Shown here piece after piece: positions 1-9,227 of a stretch of 64,000 nucleotides of DNA. Position 1 is the stretch's first letter. The number at the start of each line of letters is the position of its first letter. Below the pieces are notes generated by a model. It saw only the letters and a program-made list of their open reading frames with translations, had not been told where the DNA came from and did not search any database. The position numbers and the translations under genes were made by a program. The stretch is from the IMG/VR virus record IMGVR_UViG_3300027844_001828, positions 171,625 through 235,624 of that record; one strand, given 5' to 3'.

Positions 1-1458
1 GCGGCGAGTGTCAATTCAGCCACGGATGTGTTGCGCCTTGCAATTGGATTGTCCGATGGTGACATAACCATGCGAACCAACACGCCATTTAGAAACTTTA
101 CGCGGAAGGAAAGACGTTTCTTGCTCACCTTGATTGAAAATCAGAATGATTGTGAGGAAGACATCGCTATGGACAAGAATCGTTGGAAGAAGCTTTTAAA
201 CAGATTGCATCCAGGCGATTATAAGAATGCTTTCCCGAATGTGGTGAAGGCAAATAACAACTTGTACAACAACAACGTTGTCAGCTTCAATTCAAAGCTT
301 GAGAAATATCTTGAGACTGAAGACGCATACGCTCTCGTTCTTCTTAAGAGCAGACCCGGTGTCTTTGCAAGAAGATTGTCTCACGCTATTTCAATATTTG
401 GAAGCGCGGCCATCGACGCTTTCGCAGAAATTTGTCCAAAGCTCACGGTTATTAAACTCCTTAAGGTGAAGAAGTTCTTTTCAACCTTGAAGGAAAGAAA
501 TCATCTTGTTTATCCGCCGAAGAGTAATTGGGCCAAGTTGCAGATCGTTGAAAACTCAAAGGCGATACGTCACAATCCACAGGTCATAACTCTTATTGGG
601 AAGATCGACGATGCTCTTAATGAGAAGATGAGTGGAATTTCTGTCAATCTTGATTCCAGAACGAGTCTCGTTAAAATCCAGGGCAACGACTCTGAATTAA
701 CGAACTATGGTCGTGGAACCGTGTTCCCGATTCCAGAGAATATTAATTTCATCAGAAGCGCAAGCTATTGGGAATTACCTGACACTTTTAACAATTGGTA
801 CGACAATGGTTGGAACTTCTTTAACAAGGATTGGAAGGAAAAGGGCGCGTGTTGCTGGGCGAATATGACTTTCGCCAGAAAGGGATGCGCATTCTCTGGC
901 GATCCAACCAACTCAAAGACTGCTGACGGAAAGGCGTGTCAAATGATCGACTTGTACATTGACAAGTTGTTAGCTTTTGGAGTACGTTATGCTGTTTGGA
1001 ATGTCTTGTGCTATTCTCATAAGAAGTTCAGCGAGGCCACTGAGGTCTTTGGTGCGCTTCAATGGGGTGAGGCTCCGCAAAAGGGTAAGCTCTTCGAGCC
1101 AAGCCGTTGCCAACTCTCATTTCCAATTACTGGTGAATGCTATACCAAGTATATCGCATACATTGACTTGGAGAAGCGTGAACTTGTCTACATGGACGCT
1201 AACTTCAAGGCTGACGTTTCTTCCGCAAAGGAAAATGGTCGTATGCTTTCAGAAGTAATGCCAGCCTACATTGAATACTTGAATTCGTTGCCGAGCGTGT
1301 TCGATCTCTTCTCACATGCGAAGCAGGACGTGAATGGGACCGCTGTAGCCTATGACGATAGCAATATCGATATCAAGGGCACAAGTGCCTATGTATTCAA
1401 TCCGACAAATGAGAACAACTCGTTCGAGCAGCTTGAAGTCGCCAAATTTTTATCTTAA
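1..1458 (+). CDS. Conserved protein with TerD-like C-terminal region (MXAN_6230/SCO0854-like family); 5'-truncated by window edge
   Basis: Frame is open from base 1 (ATDVLRLA). Motifs RPGVFARRL, FSGDPT, RYAVWNV, YIDLEKRELVYMD recalled from this family. Confidence 0.5.
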   Translation, partial: AASVNSATDVLRLAIGLSDGDITMRTNTPFRNFTRKERRFLLTLIENQNDCEEDIAMDKNRWKKLLNRLHPGDYKNAFPNVVKANNNLYNNNVVSFNSKLEKYLETEDAYALVLLKSRPGVFARRLSHAISIFGSAAIDAFAEICPKLTVIKLLKVKKFFSTLKERNHLVYPPKSNWAKLQIVENSKAIRHNPQVITLIGKIDDALNEKMSGISVNLDSRTSLVKIQGNDSELTNYGRGTVFPIPENINFIRSASYWELPDTFNNWYDNGWNFFNKDWKEKGACCWANMTFARKGCAFSGDPTNSKTADGKACQMIDLYIDKLLAFGVRYAVWNVLCYSHKKFSEATEVFGALQWGEAPQKGKLFEPSRCQLSFPITGECYTKYIAYIDLEKRELVYMDANFKADVSSAKENGRMLSEVMPAYIEYLNSLPSVFDLFSHAKQDVNGTAVAYDDSNIDIKGTSAYVFNPTNENNSFEQLEVAKFLS

Positions 1459-1528
1459 TTGGTTATCTGATAACCACTTGAAATTTTCTGAAACCATGTT
1501 ATGATAATAAGGTAACAGGAGGATCAGG

Positions 1529-1870
1529 ATGGGTAAAGGTAAAAAAGAAATCAGGTGATTATTCCGGTCTTCGGTATTTAAGCGTGACGACTATACATGT
1601 GTATGTTGCAAGGTCATTGGGGATGTAGACGCACATCATATTATAGATCGGAATCACTTTCCTGACGGCGGTTATGTCATAGACAACGGGATTACCCCAT
1701 GTCCAGATTGTCACATCTTGGCAGAAGTTTATCACGATGGCGATGGCAGGGAGTATTCAGAAGGGAAGCACCCTCTCGACTTGTTAAAGGCAATAGGGTC
1801 TTCATTTATAGACAACCCACCGTGTTCATGTAACAACTGTGTTGTTTGTGATCACTTTATAAGAAAGTGA
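1529..1870 (+). pseudogene. HNH endonuclease with in-frame TGA at codon 10 (not in ORF track)
   Basis: AGGAGG SD, then MGKGKKEIR*LFRSSVFKRDDYTCVCC...DAHHIIDRN...NGITPCPDCH; TGA at 1556-1558. Confidence 0.75.
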
Positions 1871-1877
1871 GGCTTAC

Positions 1878-3851
1878 ATGAAAAAAATTAATCGTGACGA
1901 GTTGATCGGTAAGATTAAGGAAAGAGAGTCGAAGCTTGAAAACGCTTCGATTGAACTCAAAAAACATTTCGTTGGTCTTAATCCAACAATCGATGAAATA
2001 ATCGATTCAATAAGAGTCTGGTACATTATGCCAGAAATTATCACACATCCGGTAATCGTAAATCTTTGGGGAATGACTGGAGTTGGGAAAACCGATTTGA
2101 TTCGTCGCCTTGTACAGCTTCTTGATCTTAGTGATCGTTTTCTTGAAATGCCAATGGACATTGAAGACACAAGTAACTTCCACTGGCACAGTTCAATTCA
2201 AGGTGTTCTTGGATGTAGCAGTCTTGAGCCCGAAACTCCAGGCGTTGTTCTCTTTGACGAATTCCAACGTTATCGCACCATTGACGAGCATGGCCATGAG
2301 CGTACCGATCTTAAGAGGTTTCAAGATATTTGGACCCTTCTTAGCGATGGAAAGTTTTCAAACTCCGGCAAGGGTAAGAATGAGATCCTTGAGATGTTAA
2401 TGGACACTCTTTATTATGAAGAGAGAAGTGGAGACGACGACGCCGATGTAGAGCCCCCTATTGAACATGGTAATTTGACAACTAAGAGTAAGAACAAGAA
2501 AAATAAGGAAGTCAGCACTAAGAAGCGCTTTAGCTTCAGTTTCTATTCTGCCAAATCATTAAAGAAGACTCTCAGAATCCCTGACACCATTGAAACCATA
2601 ATGAAATGGACCGCCGAAACCAAAAAGAAGAAAATCATGGAGGCAATGGAAAGAGATGATATCCTTCATGGTGAAAGCTATTCCCAACTTTTGATTTTCA
2701 TTTGTGGTAATCTTGATTCTGCATTCTGGATGGCCTCCCGCGCTGAAGATGCAGATACCGATGCAGATATCTTGCACAAGCGAAGTCTTGATATTAACAC
2801 AATAGATATCCGCACTTCATTGAAAACGAGATTCAGGTATGAACAGATTGCCCGACTTGGCAATACTCATATCATTTATCCGTGCTTGTCTTCAAAATCT
2901 TACCGGGAACTTATTTCTAGAAAGATCATAGACGCAACCAATAGTTTTAAGGCAAGCACCGACATTGACATCAAAGTTGATCGTTCGGTAAACAATGTGA
3001 TATACAGAAATGGGGTGTTCCCCGCTCAAGGTGTAAGGCCAGTATTTAGTACGATCAACAGTTTGTTTACAACTTCAATGCCACCATTTATCATGGCGGC
3101 GCTCTTAGAAGACTGTAATCAAATTGACGTATCCTTCAAAGACAACAAAATGGTTTGTAAAATACGCGATCAAAATCTCAGTAAGAAGGTGACCTGTAGT
3201 ATTGACAATATTAAGGGCAAGACTTCTGAGGAACAAAAGCATCTCGTGGCGTTGCACGAAGCTTCACATGCTGTTGTTTATATGTTGAAGTTTGGCGTTG
3301 CGCCATGTCAGATTAAAAGTAATATATCAATGTTCTCTGGCGGCTTTGTAATGCCACACTCTATGTTAGAGTCAAAGAATATCTTGATAAGCTTGATTCA
3401 GGTTTATCTTGCTGGCCGTCTCGGTGAAATCGCATTTTTTGGTGACGGGATGACCTCGTCAGGGTGCGCTTCCGATCTTATGGAAGCAACTAAGTTGGCC
3501 AGTAAAATGCTCCGTCGTTACGGCATGGGTGATAGCTTGTCAGTTGTTGTGACATCTAACTTTGAAGATGCCAGTCTTCTTAATCTTGATGTTGACGGAA
3601 CAAACAAAGATATTGATTTGATACTTGACAATCGAGCCAAGGAAACGTCTATTATCATTAACGAAAATTTATCCTTCATTGGCGCAATCGCTGATGAATT
3701 GATGAGAAAGAATGGTGAGATGACAGATAAAGAGGTCGCTAAAATAGCCGAAGAGTTTTGTGAAAATAAAATTGAGTGTCTCCCAGCTGATCATAAAATC
3801 ACTGAGAGTTATGTTGATAAGTATAATGAGAGGCGAACGGATGAAAATTAA
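1878..3851 (+). CDS. AAA+ ATPase fused to C-terminal peptidase M41 (FtsH-like) domain
   Basis: Walker A GMTGVGKT, Walker B VVLFDE; M41 motifs HEASH, LAGRLGE, SSGCASDL; no TM segment. Confidence 0.8.
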   Translation: MKKINRDELIGKIKERESKLENASIELKKHFVGLNPTIDEIIDSIRVWYIMPEIITHPVIVNLWGMTGVGKTDLIRRLVQLLDLSDRFLEMPMDIEDTSNFHWHSSIQGVLGCSSLEPETPGVVLFDEFQRYRTIDEHGHERTDLKRFQDIWTLLSDGKFSNSGKGKNEILEMLMDTLYYEERSGDDDADVEPPIEHGNLTTKSKNKKNKEVSTKKRFSFSFYSAKSLKKTLRIPDTIETIMKWTAETKKKKIMEAMERDDILHGESYSQLLIFICGNLDSAFWMASRAEDADTDADILHKRSLDINTIDIRTSLKTRFRYEQIARLGNTHIIYPCLSSKSYRELISRKIIDATNSFKASTDIDIKVDRSVNNVIYRNGVFPAQGVRPVFSTINSLFTTSMPPFIMAALLEDCNQIDVSFKDNKMVCKIRDQNLSKKVTCSIDNIKGKTSEEQKHLVALHEASHAVVYMLKFGVAPCQIKSNISMFSGGFVMPHSMLESKNILISLIQVYLAGRLGEIAFFGDGMTSSGCASDLMEATKLASKMLRRYGMGDSLSVVVTSNFEDASLLNLDVDGTNKDIDLILDNRAKETSIIINENLSFIGAIADELMRKNGEMTDKEVAKIAEEFCENKIECLPADHKITESYVDKYNERRTDEN

Positions 3852-4011
3852 AGAACTCCAAGAATTAGTCAATGGTAGATTCATTGACGCCTTTGGCAGA
3901 ACACCACTTCGGCAGCGACAGGAAGATATTTTGGGCGAGGCGATTGAACTCAAAAACGCAACAGATATTACGAATCTCAGAGAAGAGACGGGGGATTTGC
4001 TTCAACAATGA
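3841..4011 (+). pseudogene. MazG-like N-terminal part of a frameshifted MazG-NadD fusion
   Basis: DILGEAIEL...NLREETGDLL (EExGD) continues in another frame as MMLCSESGWSVEELVQSTLNK. Confidence 0.55.
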
Positions 4012-4718
4012 TGTTGTGTAGTGAGTCTGGCTGGTCAGTAGAAGAGCTTGTGCAGTCAACTCTTAATAAGACAGAGAGAAGAAAGGAGCAATACCACACG
4101 TTGGGGAGAAAGACAAAGGTCGCTCTTCTTGGTGGGGCTTTTAATCCGCCTACGATTGGCCACTTAAGGCTTGCACAGTTCATTCTCGATACAAGTAAGA
4201 ACTTCGATGAGGTTTGGTTTGTACCGTGTTATCAGCACATGTATAACAAAGAACTCGTTACACCAGAGCATAGATTGGCTATGTGTAACTTGTTATGCGC
4301 TAACGATTGCAGAATAAAGACATTTGATTATGAGATCAAAAATCAATTACGTGGTGAGACTTACCATTTTGTAAAGAGATTGCTTGATGAAGACTTTGCA
4401 AAAGACCAATATGATTTTAGTATGATAATTGGGTTGGACAATGCTAACACATTTGATAAGTGGGTGAACTACGAAGATCTTGAGAAGATGATGCGCTTTG
4501 TCGTGGTGTCTCGACAAGGGACCGAAAGAGATGAGTCTGTAGACTGGTACTTAAAGCCACCACACATTTATCTTTACAGTGGTGGTGATGTCCCAGAGAT
4601 ATCTTCAACGGAAATCAGAAGGTGTATCGTCGAAGACGACACATCACAAGCCGCTTACGTTAAAGAGTTCATGGATGATGGGGTATGGAAATACCTTTGT
4701 GATAACGAACTTTATTGA
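4008..4718 (+). CDS. nadD: Nicotinate/nicotinamide mononucleotide adenylyltransferase
   Basis: GGAFNPPTIGH, HRLAM, IIGLDN, ISSTEIR and terminal LY. Confidence 0.85.
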   Translation: MMLCSESGWSVEELVQSTLNKTERRKEQYHTLGRKTKVALLGGAFNPPTIGHLRLAQFILDTSKNFDEVWFVPCYQHMYNKELVTPEHRLAMCNLLCANDCRIKTFDYEIKNQLRGETYHFVKRLLDEDFAKDQYDFSMIIGLDNANTFDKWVNYEDLEKMMRFVVVSRQGTERDESVDWYLKPPHIYLYSGGDVPEISSTEIRRCIVEDDTSQAAYVKEFMDDGVWKYLCDNELY

Positions 4719-4730
4719 ATTAAGGCATAG

Positions 4731-4763
4731 AAAAGGGGCGGCAATTACTTGCCGCCCCTTTTT
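4731..4763. terminator. Bidirectional intrinsic terminator
   Basis: AAAAGGGGCGGCAA-TTAC-TTGCCGCCCCTTTT between convergent genes. Confidence 0.85.
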
Positions 4764-4782
4764 ATTTAAGCTTGTCTTAAGA

Positions 4783-5130
4783 TTAGCTTGAGCTTGAGCT
4801 TGAACTTGAAGCAATGCTCTCTGGCAATTCAACGTCCAGGTTGGTCTTAAGTCTGAAACGATAATCAATTTCGGCGATCATCGAATCACTAATTGTTGAA
4901 TACTGCCCATTGTCCATAATCCCTTCAAGGAAAAACTTAAGACTTTGGAATCCCGCATCGACAACAGCTGTGCCGCCAACGTCAAGGTATTCATATGATG
5001 TTTGCAATTTTCCAGCGGTCACGAGGGAAGTCAAAAAAGTCACAATTTCATCGACAGTTGGACTGCTGTTGAAACTATTGTCATTGTCATGATCAGCCAT
5101 CGCTGCTAATGTGTTGTATATTAGGCTCAT
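4783..5130 (-). CDS. Hypothetical protein with poly-Ser tail
   Basis: AAGGAG SD on the minus strand; 115-aa ORF. Confidence 0.65.
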   Translation of the reverse strand: MSLIYNTLAAMADHDNDNSFNSSPTVDEIVTFLTSLVTAGKLQTSYEYLDVGGTAVVDAGFQSLKFFLEGIMDNGQYSTISDSMIAEIDYRFRLKTNLDVELPESIASSSSSSSS

Positions 5131-5296
5131 TCTTTAGTCTCCTTTTTAAATTAAGGCTATATAACCGTCCAATGTATGAAATCGGTCTTCATAAAATGAA
5201 TATACTCGATCAAAGTGCCTGTACCCTTTAATTAGACAAGTTTTTTCATGGTATTATAAAGGTATTGTTAAAAAGAAATTAGAAATAAATTTTATT

Positions 5297-5815
5297 ATGG
5301 AAGAACCTGAAGTACAAACCAATAAAAAGAAGTATAAAATAGTCATCTGGATAATCACAACTGTGATGCTTCCAGTCATCGGCTATCTCGCTATATTCCT
5401 TATCCAATCAACCCTTCAATTGTCTAAAGATATGTCAGCTGTTCAAACAGAGATCACTACTCTGAAAGAAGATAGCGATTCAGACAAGGCTATGTGGGCG
5501 ACACTGTCCGAGCATAGAAAGAGCCTCGCGGCCATGGAAACCAAATTGGCGGTGATGAAAAGTCTTACTAAGAACATCGATTCAAACAGAAATATCAATG
5601 TCACCATTAGTGGATTGAAGGGAAATGATTTCACCGCTTTCCCATTAGTCACACCTGATAATGCATTAATGCCTTCACCAGAAGCGCAAGGCCCAATAGG
5701 AGACGAGTTTCCAGAAGGGCTTATTGAAAAGCTTGAAGATTTTAATATGATTCAGCAAGAATCAGAAATTGACTTTAGGCAAAGAACTATGATGGAATAC
5801 GAGCAGAAAAATTAG
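5297..5815 (+). CDS. Membrane-anchored coiled-coil protein
   Basis: N-terminal hydrophobic helix followed by heptad-rich segment. Confidence 0.6.
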   Translation: MEEPEVQTNKKKYKIVIWIITTVMLPVIGYLAIFLIQSTLQLSKDMSAVQTEITTLKEDSDSDKAMWATLSEHRKSLAAMETKLAVMKSLTKNIDSNRNINVTISGLKGNDFTAFPLVTPDNALMPSPEAQGPIGDEFPEGLIEKLEDFNMIQQESEIDFRQRTMMEYEQKN

Positions 5816-6181
5816 CTATTTCAGCATCTTATGGAATGTTTCGCCATAAGTTTTCTTTGCGTAGTCAAGATAAGGCGTGATTTCATTCACTCCAACCACT
5901 TTAAGGGGCCTTCTGAATTGTTTTATCTTTGATTGGCTCTTCTTATCAAGCTTGCCCTTAATCTCTATATACTCGCCGTCTATGATGAAATCAGGGTAGT
6001 ATTTACGCTTCTTACCATAGTACTTATAAACAAAGCCACGATTATTGCGCTTTATGTCGGTCCCATGATCAAGATGATATAAGAGAAAGGCCAATTCCCA
6101 GGAGCTATCACACCAGATACGTTTATAGTATCCGCAATGCCCCCAACTCCACTTCTTTTGTCTTTTCCTATCGAACTTCAA
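5816..6181 (-). CDS. PD-(D/E)xK (TnsA-N-like) endonuclease
   Basis: DSSWELAF...YYPDF...YIEIKG. Confidence 0.7.
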   Translation of the reverse strand: MKFDRKRQKKWSWGHCGYYKRIWCDSSWELAFLLYHLDHGTDIKRNNRGFVYKYYGKKRKYYPDFIIDGEYIEIKGKLDKKSQSKIKQFRRPLKVVGVNEITPYLDYAKKTYGETFHKMLK

Positions 6182-6185
6182 GGGA

Positions 6186-7847
6186 TTAACCGCTTGAACT
6201 GCTTGAGCAACTACTTGAACTGCTTGAGCAACTACTTGAACTTGAACTACTGTTACATGCCGCCGCAGTTATAGTACAGCCACCACCATATCCATTATAG
6301 GCACCAGTGGCTGGAGAGGTTCCAGAATCGAACACGTAGCAACGTGGATTATCTCCTCCGTATGAGTTTTCATTAGCAAGAATCCATAATCCACCATCAT
6401 AGTCACTGTAGAACAGTCTAAATAATTCATTGTTGTCTCTATGGGTATAAATCCAACGACTTCCACCTGTTACAAATGACAACGTTGATGTTTGCCAGTA
6501 TCCTTTACCACCAGTTGCACAGTAGATTCCAGAATATTCATCTGCGGTTCCAGTGACCTTATATGCTTGTTCGATAATTGAATCGGCAGAACTCGAACTG
6601 CATGAGCAGCTTGAGCTACTTGACGGTGAAGGGTCAAGGGACATGCTACTACTACTACTGCTTAAGCTACTTGAGCTACTTGAGCTACCACATGCTGCTG
6701 TAATTAATGTGAGGTCATCATTTCCCCAAACTCCAATTGGAGGCGAGTCGGCACTAAAAGGGATCGATACGGCTTTGTTAAAACCATTATATGTACTTGG
6801 AGCAAGAACCCATCTTCCCACTTCTCTTTCTTCATAAAATAAGATCTTGGTGGCATCGGCGGCGTTTTCATAAACGAACTTGCTTCCGCCAGCAACAAAT
6901 GCACCATCTAAGAAATAGGCGACATGATCAGGGCAGTAGACGCCATTGTATCCAGAGGTTTCAAATCCGGTTATCTTATATGATTGGGCTCCAAACGGAT
7001 CGACGCTGGAACTACTTGAGCTACTAACCCAACTTGAACATGAGCTTGAACTACATGAGTTTGAACTTGATGAAACCCAACTTGAACAAGATGAGCTTGA
7101 GGAACTTGAGGAAGATGATGAGCAACTACATGAGCAACTGCTTGATGAACTTGAGGATGAGCTACCACATGTTGCCGTTGCAATTACTGCGCTCCCGTCC
7201 CATGATCCAGTGGGTGGAGTCGTTCCATTGTCTTGTATTAAATCTATTTCGTTTTGGCCGTCATATAAATCTTCATTTGCCAATATCCACCATCCACCAG
7301 CATAATTGTTGTAAAACAAGAACAAATCATTAGTTGGATCTTGATATCTCAATCTGCTTCCACCAGATACCCATGAACCGTGATCATAATAACCAGAGTC
7401 AAAGGCGCAATAAACACCGTTCTGAGCTTGGGTTAAACCACCAACACTAAATGCTGATACAGCAAGATTGTCGAGGGAGCTTGAAGAGCTTGAGCAGCTA
7501 CATGATGAGGAAGAACTTTGGGAAACTGAGGAACATGAGCTACTTGAGCTTGAACAATCGACATTTTGTGTTATGGTAAGACCACCGTCACCCCAGACAC
7601 CGGGTGGCGGCACTAAGGCGGAATGCTTCAGATTAGTGTATTGATTGAAGCCGTTGTAACTTTGAGCTATGGTCCATCTATTAATAGTACCGTAAATCTC
7701 ATAAAAAATCTGCTTGGTGGCGTCATCTCTATTGTTATAGATTTGTCTTGTCCCACCGCCAACGAAGGCTCCGCTTTCATAGTACCCTAAAGAGTCTTCA
7801 CAATAGACACCATCAAAACCAGTTGAATTGCTAATTCGTATAGCCAT
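6186..7847 (-). CDS. Four-repeat protein with Ser/Cys-rich linkers; possible virion surface protein
   Basis: Four ~90-aa units (GxYC...GY...GG.R..Y...W..A...PP.G.W...I..A.C) separated by poly-Ser/Cys runs. Confidence 0.7.
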   Translation of the reverse strand: MAIRISNSTGFDGVYCEDSLGYYESGAFVGGGTRQIYNNRDDATKQIFYEIYGTINRWTIAQSYNGFNQYTNLKHSALVPPPGVWGDGGLTITQNVDCSSSSSSCSSVSQSSSSSCSCSSSSSSLDNLAVSAFSVGGLTQAQNGVYCAFDSGYYDHGSWVSGGSRLRYQDPTNDLFLFYNNYAGGWWILANEDLYDGQNEIDLIQDNGTTPPTGSWDGSAVIATATCGSSSSSSSSSCSCSCSSSSSSSSSSSCSSWVSSSSNSCSSSSCSSWVSSSSSSSVDPFGAQSYKITGFETSGYNGVYCPDHVAYFLDGAFVAGGSKFVYENAADATKILFYEEREVGRWVLAPSTYNGFNKAVSIPFSADSPPIGVWGNDDLTLITAACGSSSSSSSLSSSSSSMSLDPSPSSSSSCSCSSSSADSIIEQAYKVTGTADEYSGIYCATGGKGYWQTSTLSFVTGGSRWIYTHRDNNELFRLFYSDYDGGLWILANENSYGGDNPRCYVFDSGTSPATGAYNGYGGGCTITAAACNSSSSSSSCSSSSSSCSSSSSG

Positions 7848-7941
7848 GTAAAAAATTTCCTCCGCTTGGGCTCAAGCCATTCTAAAAAGTTATAGTGTCT
7901 TAGTATTTCGCTATATTTCTGCTTGTTCCCTTCCTGAGAGC

Positions 7942-7970
7942 TTGACAGACACCACAAGTGGTGCTATATT
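7942..7970 (+). promoter_or_regulatory. Sigma70-like promoter
   Basis: TTGACA-N17-TATATT upstream of ORF 8018. Confidence 0.65.
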
Positions 7971-8017
7971 CCTCTAATTTGTAACAATATTACGACACGA
8001 CCGCTTAAGGACATATT

Positions 8018-8578
8018 ATGAAAATAAGAAAAGCCGTATATGCTGGCAGCTTCGATCCTGTGACCAATGGGTATCTTGATATCATCAAGAGAGCGTCCAA
8101 AATTTTTGATGAGGTTATCGTTGCAATTGGTATGAATCCTGGTAAAACACCAATGTTTTCTGCTGATGAAAGATATAAATTTGTACATGAAGCCACGTCA
8201 GCGAAGAAATTTGGATCGTTGTTGAGCGTGACATATTCGAGGAAGGATTCTAAAAAGATAGAAAAATTTATTCTTTCGACTGAGGCCGGGGTAGATTACA
8301 GTTGCTTGACAGAAAGACGCCTTCATGGTCTTGACTATTCAATAATTGCAGCCCCAAGGAATATTTACGAGAAGTACGCCAAGGCAATCGCCAGTGAATA
8401 CATTGTTCATGGTGGTTGCACAATAAATGAATACGTGAATGGTAGACATAAGTTTTTGAAGAGCACAATAGAGTCGGATGTTTTCTTGACTGACGAATTT
8501 GCACCATCAGAAGCAATGGCTCAGGAAAACATGGAATGGGAAATTGAAAATCTTTATAAAATAGCGGGGTCAGAATAA
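8018..8578 (+). pseudogene. coaD: Truncated phosphopantetheine adenylyltransferase (~60 aa) fused to unrelated sequence
   Basis: [32 protein letters not shown]...PMFSADER; GH motif reads GY; the RGLR and SSS motifs are missing. Confidence 0.65.
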
Positions 8579-9227
8579 TGGAATTCCCAACAGATCCAGG
8601 GAAATCAAGAATAGAAGACACAATAGGGAAGTCTTCAATAGAAAAAAAAGAAGTCGTATCATATGTTGATACTGAACATAGTGGGCTCCCTCCTGAACAT
8701 CGTCCACATCCATTGGATAGAGTCCTTGTAGATTCTTTCTCTTCGATTAGTGACTCAGAGATTAATGAATTGACTTTTTACGTTCCCATCACGGTATCAT
8801 TTAAGGACGCTGCCGAAATGGCTGAAAAGATAAAATCAATTAGAACATTGTTCCCTAATTCAACCTTGGAGAAAAGATGAAAACATTAGACCTCAAAAAA
8901 GTAGCTGAAAAGATCGTTAATTCAGGAGGCTCTCGTAAAATGCTCATGTCATCTAAAGATTTTTGTGAGGTGTCGAAGAATAGGGATGAGCGGTTTTGGG
9001 CTGTCCATTCTTCCTTTTGGGAAGGCGGTGAGAAGTTTGTCATGGTTTGCCCATATATTATGTTGAAAATTTTGAGCCCTCGCCCCAGACGTGTCGTAAA
9101 CATGGACCCTTTCCAAGTTATAGTGAAATATTTGTCGCAAACCCCTTGGAATTAACTTTTGCTGAGATATAGTGATCACGTTGATATTTAATCCAAACAA
9201 TTTCTAACTCAGATCGGAGAATATAAC

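Noticed and set aside
6553-7333. Plus-strand Glu/Leu-rich ORFs (6553, 6946, 7034)
   Set aside because: Shadow frames of the poly-Ser codons of the minus-strand gene.
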